DNA of 64,000 bases, taken from IMG/VR virus record IMGVR_UViG_3300042516_002585; one strand, given 5' to 3'. Below the pieces are notes generated by a model. It was not told the origin of the DNA. It searched no databases and saw nothing but the letters and a program-made list of their open reading frames with translations. The position numbers and the translations under genes are program-made. The stretch comes from an uncultured virus (IMG/VR IMGVR_UViG_3300042516_002585) (lineage: Duplodnaviria > Heunggongvirae > Uroviricota > Caudoviricetes). Positions 48,064 to 55,482 of this stretch are shown piece after piece. The stretch's first letter is position 1; each line of letters opens with the position of its first letter.

Positions 48064-48276
48064 ATGACCCTCACCCTCCAGGACCTGACCTTTGAAGAAC
48101 TGGAATCGCTCTGGGATGACTGCCAGCGCAACGGCGACTATGACTTTCAGGATCGCCTGCTGCGGGAGATGCTCACCCGTGAGGATGCCTGCCCCGAATC
48201 CTATGACCTGCTCTGGGAGATGCAGGATGCAGGATGGAACGGTGGGGTCACTCAGGAGGACAGGGACGCTCGCTGA
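48064..48276 (+). CDS. Cassette mini-gene, acidic
   Basis: ATG at the fixed cassette position. Confidence 0.6.
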   Translation: MTLTLQDLTFEELESLWDDCQRNGDYDFQDRLLREMLTREDACPESYDLLWEMQDAGWNGGVTQEDRDAR

Positions 48277-48345
48277 ACCGTCCACCTAGGGGCATCCTGC
48301 CCCCCTGCCGACCTGCTACAATTCTCTCAGTTCAGACAAAGACCG

Positions 48346-48549
48346 ATGACCAAAGCACAAGCGATCGAAACCCTCTCCGCTCAGTTCAACGCTCCCTACG
48401 GCGGGACCTTCATCTCCGCTCTGAGCGGTGACCTGATTCAGGACATCATGATGGAGGGTGACATGGGCAAGACCTTCCACCGCTTTGGTAAGACCATTGT
48501 GGAAGACTCGAGTCTGATCGGTCTGGCACGCTACTACCAGACCCACTGA
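48346..48549 (+). CDS. Cassette mini-gene
   Basis: ATG at the fixed cassette position. Confidence 0.6.
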   Translation: MTKAQAIETLSAQFNAPYGGTFISALSGDLIQDIMMEGDMGKTFHRFGKTIVEDSSLIGLARYYQTH

Positions 48550-48615
48550 ACCCTACGGGGCAGGTTGACCCCTGCCCCCGACCTGCTATACTGAACACGT
48601 TCACACCTGAACCCG

Positions 48616-48798
48616 ATGACCACCACCACCATCGACGGCATTCAATTCAAGGTCACCCGCCTGCCCGTTGCCCATGGCGCTAGCGCCAACCGTTGGGCAT
48701 CCCGAATCAAAGGCGGTTCCTCCCGTGTTCGCACTGGTGCTGGTTCCCGATCGGTTCACCAGAGCACCAAGGCAACCGCTCTGCAGGACGTTCGCTGA
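48616..48798 (+). CDS. Cassette mini-gene, basic
   Basis: ATG at the fixed cassette position. Confidence 0.6.
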   Translation: MTTTTIDGIQFKVTRLPVAHGASANRWASRIKGGSSRVRTGAGSRSVHQSTKATALQDVR

Positions 48799-48836
48799 CC
48801 TGCTATACTGATCTCAGTTCACAACCCGAACCGACC

Positions 48837-49061
48837 ATGACCGATCCCACCCCCCTGCAGACGATCCTTTCCCCCATCCGCTACCCGTTCGCGGTGGCGT
48901 TCGTGAAGGGCGATAAGATCGCCCGCACCCTTGCCTACGCCAGCACCCTGGAGGACTGCTACTTCCAGGTCCAGGGATGGCGCAGCGCCTATGGCAGCGC
49001 CGACTACATCATGGCAGAGCAGCAGGAGCGCAGCGGCAAGTCTTACTGGGTTGCCGTTTGA
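48837..49061 (+). CDS. Cassette mini-gene
   Basis: ATG at the fixed cassette position. Confidence 0.6.
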   Translation: MTDPTPLQTILSPIRYPFAVAFVKGDKIARTLAYASTLEDCYFQVQGWRSAYGSADYIMAEQQERSGKSYWVAV

Positions 49062-49129
49062 CCCTACGGGGCAGGTTGACCCCTGCCCCCGACCTGCTAT
49101 ACTGATCTCAGTTCACAAGCAACCGACCG

Positions 49130-49321
49130 ATGCCTGAGACCTTCTCCGATCAACTGTTGACCATTGCCGATGACAACGGATGCGTCACCTATGACGACGC
49201 CCTGTATGCTGCCGACCTTCACGGCAGCATGAATGAGTTCCTGCAGGAGTACGGCACCGCTGACCACTGGGGAATCTATGGGATCGACGCGGGCGAACTG
49301 TTGACCTGGTTGGGATACTGA
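49130..49321 (+). CDS. Cassette mini-gene, DAGE..WLGY family
   Basis: Ends IDAGELLTWLGY. Confidence 0.7.
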   Translation: MPETFSDQLLTIADDNGCVTYDDALYAADLHGSMNEFLQEYGTADHWGIYGIDAGELLTWLGY

Positions 49322-49390
49322 CCCCTATGGGGCAGGTTGACCCCTGCCCCCGACCTGCTATACTGATTCCAGTTCACAAGCAACCGACCG

Positions 49391-49582
49391 ATGACCTGCT
49401 CCACCTTCCCCGCTCAGATCGCTGAAATCACCAACCCTGAGAACGGGACCATCTTCTGGATCGAAGCGGCATACGCTGCCAAACAGCACGGTCTGTGGGA
49501 TGACTTCCGCACCGACTACGGCACGACCTCTGACTTTGGTGGGGTCGACGCTGGCGAATTTCTGGTGTGGTTGGGGTACTGA
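49391..49582 (+). CDS. Cassette mini-gene, DAGE..WLGY family
   Basis: HGLWDDFRTDYGTT...VDAGEFLVWLGY. Confidence 0.7.
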   Translation: MTCSTFPAQIAEITNPENGTIFWIEAAYAAKQHGLWDDFRTDYGTTSDFGGVDAGEFLVWLGY

Positions 49583-49652
49583 TTCCCTATGGGGCAGGTT
49601 GACCCCTGCCCCCGACCTGCTATACTGATCTCAGTTCACACCCGAACCGACC

Positions 49653-49847
49653 ATGACCCGCTTCCCTCTCTCTCAGGCAACCCGCATCGCTGACCGCCAG
49701 ACCGTGTGGATCTCTGCTGCTGATAATGCTAAGAATGCTGACGGTCGCCCCTCTCAGTACGTTCACTGGGGTGTGCCTACTGCCATCATTGCTGGACAGT
49801 ATTCTGAGTCTTGTGCTCACACCGTCAAAGCACCGTGCTTTGACTGA
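49653..49847 (+). CDS. Cassette mini-gene
   Basis: ATG at the fixed cassette position. Confidence 0.6.
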   Translation: MTRFPLSQATRIADRQTVWISAADNAKNADGRPSQYVHWGVPTAIIAGQYSESCAHTVKAPCFD

Positions 49848-49919
49848 TCTGTTCGTGGGGGTGGGGTGCCACCCTGCCCCCGACCTGCTATACTGATTCC
49901 AGTTCACAAGCAACCGACC

Positions 49920-50090
49920 ATGACCATGACCCTCGAAACCGCCAACCGTATTTGGGAAGACTGCTATCAGAGCACCGACCTCACCCTTTGGGGTAAGTAC
50001 ACTCTGACTCAGCGGATGCAGGCAATCGAAACCCGCGATGCCCACGCTAACGGCGGATGGGGTCGGTGGAACATCAGCGACCGCGACTGA
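49920..50090 (+). CDS. Cassette mini-gene
   Basis: ATG at the fixed cassette position; ends WNISDRD. Confidence 0.6.
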   Translation: MTMTLETANRIWEDCYQSTDLTLWGKYTLTQRMQAIETRDAHANGGWGRWNISDRD

Positions 50091-50349
50091 CCCCTGCGGG
50101 GCGCCGCGCCCTTATGGGTGCGTTCGTGCAGACGCAGGTCCCCCGCCGGGTGCGGGGGGTCGGGCGCGGCGCGTGATGGGGTATAAGGGGGGGTTGTTAT
50201 AAAACCCATAACTACCCTAACCTACAAAGTGTTACGGAAGCGCGATAAATCATAAAGGCATTTCAAATACTCTCAGAATCAAAAAATTCCGGAGATATAA
50301 ACTACAATTATAAGGTTTGCTATATAATTCAAAAATAATAACTATCAGA

Positions 50350-50523
50350 ATGAGAAAAAAATCCGGAGAGGAAAAACGCCCCATAGAGGTTGATACAATC
50401 ACAGGTGAGTATTCTATTAAACTACCAGAATGGATGATCAATGAACTTGGTTGGTATGAAGATACTGAGATTCTTTTTAATCTTGATGGAAAGGACATTA
50501 TTCTTTCAGAGGTAGATGAATGA
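50350..50523 (+). CDS. AbrB/MazE-like small DNA-binding protein
   Basis: GEYSIKLPEWMINELGWYEDTEILFNLDGKDIILS. Confidence 0.55.
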   Translation: MRKKSGEEKRPIEVDTITGEYSIKLPEWMINELGWYEDTEILFNLDGKDIILSEVDE

Positions 50524-50725
50524 AAAAATATGACATCTACGCTAAGGATCGATGTTTATTTCAGAATGTTGATGAAAAAGAATTCGAAATAACTTGGAGT
50601 ACTTTAAAGAATATGGTTGGTTTAATGAAGACAGATTACTCAGTAGAAGATCTATATTACCAGGAAGTCACCAATTGACAACCGCTACATAATACTGTAT
50701 GATATGATTGAAAATTAATCAAGTT

Positions 50726-51481
50726 ATGACAAAAGGATTTACTGTAAAGGCAAAAAGTCCAGTAGTCGCCAAAGAACCTGAATGGGACTACGATAAGGCA
50801 AGAGAAATGGTACGGGGAAAGACAATTGTATTCTGTCTTCCTGGTCGTGGTGTTTCTTATACATATCTGAAAAACTTTGTTCAACTTTGTTTTGATCTAG
50901 TACAAGCAGGTGCAAGTATTCAGATCTCACAAGATTATAGTTCGATGGTGAACTTTGCACGTTGTAAGTGTCTAGGTGCAAATGTTCTTCGTGGTCCTGA
51001 TCAGAAACCTTGGGACGGTAAACTGAAATACGACTGGCAACTGTGGATTGATAGTGATATCGTCTTTAACAGTGAAAAGTTCTGGCAACTGGTTCTGATG
51101 GATCAGGACATTGCTGCTGGTTGGTATTGTACAGAAGATGGTATGACAACCTCTGTTGCACATTGGTTGGATGAAGATGATTTCAGAGGCAATGGTGGTG
51201 TAATGAACCATGAAACTCTGGAAAGTATTCAGAAGCGACGGAAGCCATTTACTGTTGATTACACTGGATTTGGTTGGGTACTCATCAAGAACGGTGTCTT
51301 TGAACATGATGAGATGAAGTATCCTTGGTTTGCTCCGAAGATGCAAGTCTTTGAATCTGGTGAAGTACAAGACATGTGTGGAGAAGACGTATCCTTCTGT
51401 TTGGATGCAAAAGAAGCAGGATTTGAAATCTGGTGTGATCCTCGCATTCGCGTTGGTCACGAAAAGTCACGAATCATCTAA
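50726..51481 (+). CDS. GT-A fold glycosyltransferase-like protein
   Basis: LWIDSD (DxD), TGFGWVLIK, GEDVSFC, RVGHEK. Confidence 0.7.
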   Translation: MTKGFTVKAKSPVVAKEPEWDYDKAREMVRGKTIVFCLPGRGVSYTYLKNFVQLCFDLVQAGASIQISQDYSSMVNFARCKCLGANVLRGPDQKPWDGKLKYDWQLWIDSDIVFNSEKFWQLVLMDQDIAAGWYCTEDGMTTSVAHWLDEDDFRGNGGVMNHETLESIQKRRKPFTVDYTGFGWVLIKNGVFEHDEMKYPWFAPKMQVFESGEVQDMCGEDVSFCLDAKEAGFEIWCDPRIRVGHEKSRII

Positions 51482-51482
51482 G

Positions 51483-51647
51483 ATGGCACAAGAGCGGTAT
51501 AATATTCTCTGTAAGGGGAGGAAGATATACCAAAACCTTACAGAGGAAGAATACTTCGATACTATGGAGGATCTGTCTCAACAGTTCTATCAGACAGGTT
51601 CTCCAAATCCAAGCGAACTTGAAACTGAAATTTATTTGGAGAATTAA
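51483..51647 (+). CDS. Hypothetical protein
   Basis: 54-aa ORF directly after the previous stop. Confidence 0.55.
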   Translation: MAQERYNILCKGRKIYQNLTEEEYFDTMEDLSQQFYQTGSPNPSELETEIYLEN

Positions 51648-51652
51648 TCAAA

Positions 51653-51805
51653 ATGGCAAAAGCAAGCGGTGGTCTCAACAAGCGCACTTCTTATATTCCA
51701 GGGCCTCCTAAGAAGTCTCGCCAAGGCGATGGGGGAGGAACTAAGTACGCAGCGTCTTCTCGCAATGGGGCTCGTAAAAAGTATAGAGGACAAGGTAAAG
51801 GATAA
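51653..51805 (+). CDS. Small basic protein (50 aa)
   Basis: GGAG SD; ends RNGARKKYRGQGKG. Confidence 0.6.
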   Translation: MAKASGGLNKRTSYIPGPPKKSRQGDGGGTKYAASSRNGARKKYRGQGKG

Positions 51806-51807
51806 TC

Positions 51808-52443
51808 ATGGCATATTTAAACCATAGTCTTCCGGATTGGTCTTGTTATATTCGTAACGAATTTCTTTTTAACCATAAAATGGGACATGGTGAAGTGACC
51901 AAATGTGATGTTCATTGTGTTGCAAGCATTGAGAAAAGAGTTCCTTTGTTTGAAGCATTTTTAGAAAATGGCGTGAATTGGACTCGTCGTCCTCTTCACG
52001 CTTTTTGCTGGAAACCAGATGCACCGATTGAACCTCTTGAAGATATTATGTATTGGGACTGCTTTTCTCCCTATATTGATGTTCAAAAACGTGCGCGACT
52101 TGCTGGATTACAGGCAGAATTAATTCGTCCTGATGGAAAAAAAGTCGTTGGAACTTATATGTTCACTCTTGATTGGTCTTGGGAAAACAAAGGTGTTACA
52201 GATCTTAATTTTTCAGAGACACCTGAACATAAATGTGCCCATTTATTCAAAGTAGAAACTGGAAATTACTACGCATATCCAAATAATCGCATTATTTGGT
52301 ATGATAATGCTTGGACATTTAACAGAATTAATAAAAATCCTGGTTATGAAATCGATTTAACGGTTTATTCTGTTGAAAATAAAAGAAAAATTGAAACGTC
52401 CGATCACTATATGTACGAAATCACTGATTTGGAACAAAAATAA
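51808..52443 (+). CDS. Hypothetical phage protein
   Basis: 211 aa; EHKCAH...GNYYAYPNNRI. Confidence 0.7.
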   Translation: MAYLNHSLPDWSCYIRNEFLFNHKMGHGEVTKCDVHCVASIEKRVPLFEAFLENGVNWTRRPLHAFCWKPDAPIEPLEDIMYWDCFSPYIDVQKRARLAGLQAELIRPDGKKVVGTYMFTLDWSWENKGVTDLNFSETPEHKCAHLFKVETGNYYAYPNNRIIWYDNAWTFNRINKNPGYEIDLTVYSVENKRKIETSDHYMYEITDLEQK

Positions 52444-52481
52444 ATAAATTTTTACAAAATCCTGAGTTGAAACAGCATTCA

Positions 52482-52808
52482 ATGGGTAAACACCTGCTCC
52501 TCGAGGTGTATGATGTTAATTTTGACCTAATCAATGACGTAGAATCTCTACAAAACGTCATGATTAGAGGCATTGAACGTGCTAAAATGACCGTTTTGAA
52601 CGTCTTTTCGCACTGTTTTATACCACAAGGTTGTACAGTCGTGATTGCACTTGCCGAAAGTCATGTTTCTTGCCATACTTGGCCTGAAAATGGGTGTCTG
52701 GCAGTGGATGTATACACTTGTGGTGAAGGAAATCCTAAATTAATCGCCCTAGAAATACTCAAATACCTCAATTCGGACTCTTATTCGTTACGTGAAGTCG
52801 ATCGTTAA
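52482..52808 (+). CDS. speD: S-adenosylmethionine decarboxylase proenzyme
   Basis: GKHLL...F.PQG.TVV..LAESHVSCHTWPE...AVDVYTCG, including the ES autocleavage site. Confidence 0.9.
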   Translation: MGKHLLLEVYDVNFDLINDVESLQNVMIRGIERAKMTVLNVFSHCFIPQGCTVVIALAESHVSCHTWPENGCLAVDVYTCGEGNPKLIALEILKYLNSDSYSLREVDR

Positions 52809-52876
52809 ATAGACATAAGGAGATAGCAACCTCCTTTATAAAAGTTCTGTTTTATTCGTTTAAAACAGGAGCTAAA

Positions 52877-53119
52877 ATGTCTAATTTACCAGTCGATAGG
52901 GATTCAAATTACATGTATGATATGTGGGGAACCACAAAATTAATCACTGATTATAGTTCAGAGCAACCAAAAAGAGTGATTCAAGAGGTTATGCACGACT
53001 CTGCACCACGTCATGACCTTAAAAAACAAACTGAGTTGCATGAAAAAATTCGTAACGATGAAGACTATGATGATTGGGAATATGGAACAGAACCAAACTA
53101 TGGATCTTCCTGGCACTAG
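52877..53119 (+). CDS. Hypothetical protein
   Basis: AGGAG SD; 80 aa. Confidence 0.6.
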   Translation: MSNLPVDRDSNYMYDMWGTTKLITDYSSEQPKRVIQEVMHDSAPRHDLKKQTELHEKIRNDEDYDDWEYGTEPNYGSSWH

Positions 53120-53120
53120 G

Positions 53121-53128
53121 TATAAATA
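53121..53128 (+). promoter_or_regulatory. T4-type late promoter
   Basis: TATAAATA upstream of gp25. Confidence 0.75.
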
Positions 53129-53150
53129 GTGCAAGAAAATCTACTTATCA

Positions 53151-53552
53151 ATGGCAGTCACACGAATATCCAGGGGATTTAAGGATATTAGTTTTTCTTT
53201 TGAGCCACATCCTGTGACAAAAGATCTACCTGTCTTGATTAATGAGAGAGCGATTACTAGATCTGTTCGCAATTTAGTAGAAACAATCCCAACAGAAAGA
53301 TTTTTTAATCCATTGTTGGGATCTGATATTCGCAGAAGTTTGTTTGAATTTGTTGATTATGGATCTGCTTCTGTAATTGAAGATCAGATTAAAACAACAA
53401 TTAATAATTTTGAGGATAGAGTTAATAATGTTCAAGTTGAAGTTGAACCAAGACCAGATAATAATGAATTTGAAGTCACTATTATATTTGATATTATTGG
53501 GCAAGATTTCCCAACACAACAATTTTCATTCTTACTAGAGGCAACAAGATAA
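53151..53552 (+). CDS. gp25: Baseplate wedge subunit gp25
   Basis: AITRSVRNLVET...ERFFNP.LGSDI...LFE...I.NFEDRV. Confidence 0.9.
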   Translation: MAVTRISRGFKDISFSFEPHPVTKDLPVLINERAITRSVRNLVETIPTERFFNPLLGSDIRRSLFEFVDYGSASVIEDQIKTTINNFEDRVNNVQVEVEPRPDNNEFEVTIIFDIIGQDFPTQQFSFLLEATR

Positions 53553-53553
53553 A

Positions 53554-55479
53554 ATGCCTTTTACACAATTTACGAATCTAGATTTCGATCAGATTAAAAC
53601 ACAGATTAAAGATTACCTTCGTGCAAATTCAAATTTCACTGATTTTGATTTTGAAGGATCTAATTTTTCTGTTTTAATTGATACTCTCGCATATAATACT
53701 TATATTACAGCATTTAACTCTAATATGGTTGTTAATGAATCCTTCTTGGATTCTGCAACTGTAAGAGAAAATGTTGTTTCTTTGGCAAGGAACATTGGTT
53801 ACGTACCACGCTCCAAAACCGCCTCTAAGGCGGCGATTACATTTGAGGTTCCTACCACTACCGCAAGTCCTTTTCTCACTCTTCAAGCGGGTCTGGTATG
53901 CGTAGGATCGTATGATAACACATCATATAGATTTTCAATTTCAGAAGATATTACAACGACTGTTAATAATGGAATTGCTAGATTTGGGTCATCTTCGTCA
54001 CCGGTTTATATCTATCAAGGAAATTTACTAACAAAACAATGGACAGTTGATAAATCACAAGATCAAAGATTTATTTTAGATAACCCAAATATTGATATTT
54101 CAAGGCTTGTGGTGTATGTAAAAGGAATTAATGACAGTGGGATTGGAAGAGAATATTATAAGGTAGATAATATTCTAAGGTTGAATAAAAATTCAGAAAT
54201 ATATCTAACTCAAGAAGTTCAAGATGAAAAGTATGAACTTCTTTTTGGTGATGGATATTTTGGTAAGCAGTTGGAAAATAATGCGGTAATTACAGCAAAG
54301 TATGTGGTAACTGATGGTGAAAGAGGTAATGGAGCATCTGCATTTGATTTCCAAGGAAATTTTGTGGATGCCTCCAATATTCGTGTAATTCCATCAGGAC
54401 CAATTACTATTAATACAATTGAAAAATCATCAAATGGTGGAGAAATTGAGCCAGTAGCATCTATTAAATATTTTGCTCCAAGACTTTATTCTGCACAATA
54501 TCGAGCAGTCACTTCTCGTGATTATGAGGCTATTGTTCAATCAATATATCCAAATGCAGAATCTGTTGCAGTTGTTGGTGGTGAAGAGTTGACTCCACCA
54601 CAATATGGTAAGGTTCAAATTAGTATTAAACCAAAAAATGGTACATATGTTTCTGATTTTGATAAGCAAAATATTTTAAACAGGTTAAAGCAATATTCAA
54701 TCGCTGGAATTAATCAACAAATAATCGATCTTAAAATTCTATATGTTGAGATTGATTCTTCAGTTTACTATAATACAAATCAAGTATCAAATGTAAATAG
54801 TCTAAAAACATCTATTATATCAGCATTAACCGAATACTCTAAAAATGTTGATATGAATAGATTTGGTGGTAGATTTAAATATAGTAAGGTCGTACAATTG
54901 ATTGATAGAGTTGACAATGCAATTACTTCTAATATTACTAAGGTCAGAATTAGAAGGGATATGAAAGCCCTAGTAAATCAATTTGCTCAGTATGAGATAT
55001 GTTTTGGGAATCGTTTTCATATCAATCCACAAGGATACAATATAAAAAGCACAGGATTTAAAGTTCAAGGATCGGATGATATTGTTTACTTCACCGATGT
55101 TCCAAGAAAAAGTGCTGATGGGCAGTTAGATGGTAGCAATAAAGGAGATTTAGCAGTTATTAGGCAAACTGAAAGGGGTAAAAATACAGTTGTTTTAAAA
55201 TCTATTGGTACAGTAGATTATTTTAATGGAGAAATTATCGTTAATACGATTAATATCACCTCAACAGTAGCAGATAATGAAATCATTGAAATTCAGGCAT
55301 TCCCAGATTCCAATGATGTTGTTGGGTTAAAAGATTTATATTTGAGTTTTGATATTTCCAATAGTGAGATAAATATGATTAGAGACGTTATTGCTTCTGG
55401 AGAGGATATTTCCGGAGTTACTTTTACAAGAGACTACTATACTTCAAGTTATTCTAACGGAGACATCGAGAGGAAATAA
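53554..55479 (+). CDS. gp6: Baseplate wedge subunit gp6
   Basis: LDFDQIK...FTDFDFEGSN...LAYNT...ESFLDSATVRENVVSLARNIGYVP...AQYRAVTSRDYE. Confidence 0.9.
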   Translation: MPFTQFTNLDFDQIKTQIKDYLRANSNFTDFDFEGSNFSVLIDTLAYNTYITAFNSNMVVNESFLDSATVRENVVSLARNIGYVPRSKTASKAAITFEVPTTTASPFLTLQAGLVCVGSYDNTSYRFSISEDITTTVNNGIARFGSSSSPVYIYQGNLLTKQWTVDKSQDQRFILDNPNIDISRLVVYVKGINDSGIGREYYKVDNILRLNKNSEIYLTQEVQDEKYELLFGDGYFGKQLENNAVITAKYVVTDGERGNGASAFDFQGNFVDASNIRVIPSGPITINTIEKSSNGGEIEPVASIKYFAPRLYSAQYRAVTSRDYEAIVQSIYPNAESVAVVGGEELTPPQYGKVQISIKPKNGTYVSDFDKQNILNRLKQYSIAGINQQIIDLKILYVEIDSSVYYNTNQVSNVNSLKTSIISALTEYSKNVDMNRFGGRFKYSKVVQLIDRVDNAITSNITKVRIRRDMKALVNQFAQYEICFGNRFHINPQGYNIKSTGFKVQGSDDIVYFTDVPRKSADGQLDGSNKGDLAVIRQTERGKNTVVLKSIGTVDYFNGEIIVNTINITSTVADNEIIEIQAFPDSNDVVGLKDLYLSFDISNSEINMIRDVIASGEDISGVTFTRDYYTSSYSNGDIERK

Positions 55480-55482
55480 AAT

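Larger units (their letters stand above)
43938..50090 (+). repeat. Array of repeated promoter/leader cassettes, each heading a mini-gene
   Basis: Core GACCTGC-TA(TAC/CAA)T-(GA/AC/TC)TCTCAGTTCA...ACC(G)ATG with -10 boxes at about 43991, 44402, 44592, 44930, 45188, 45486, 45765, 46017, 46275, 46784, 46965, 47168, 47404, 47621, 47832, 48037, 48317, 48587, 48805, 49098, 49359, 49621 and 49888. Confidence 0.9.

Noticed and set aside
43938..50090. CRISPR array reading of the regularly spaced repeats
   Set aside because: The repeats are degenerate promoter sequences of 30-70 bp, the spacers are 130-250 bp intact ORFs, and no cas genes are present.
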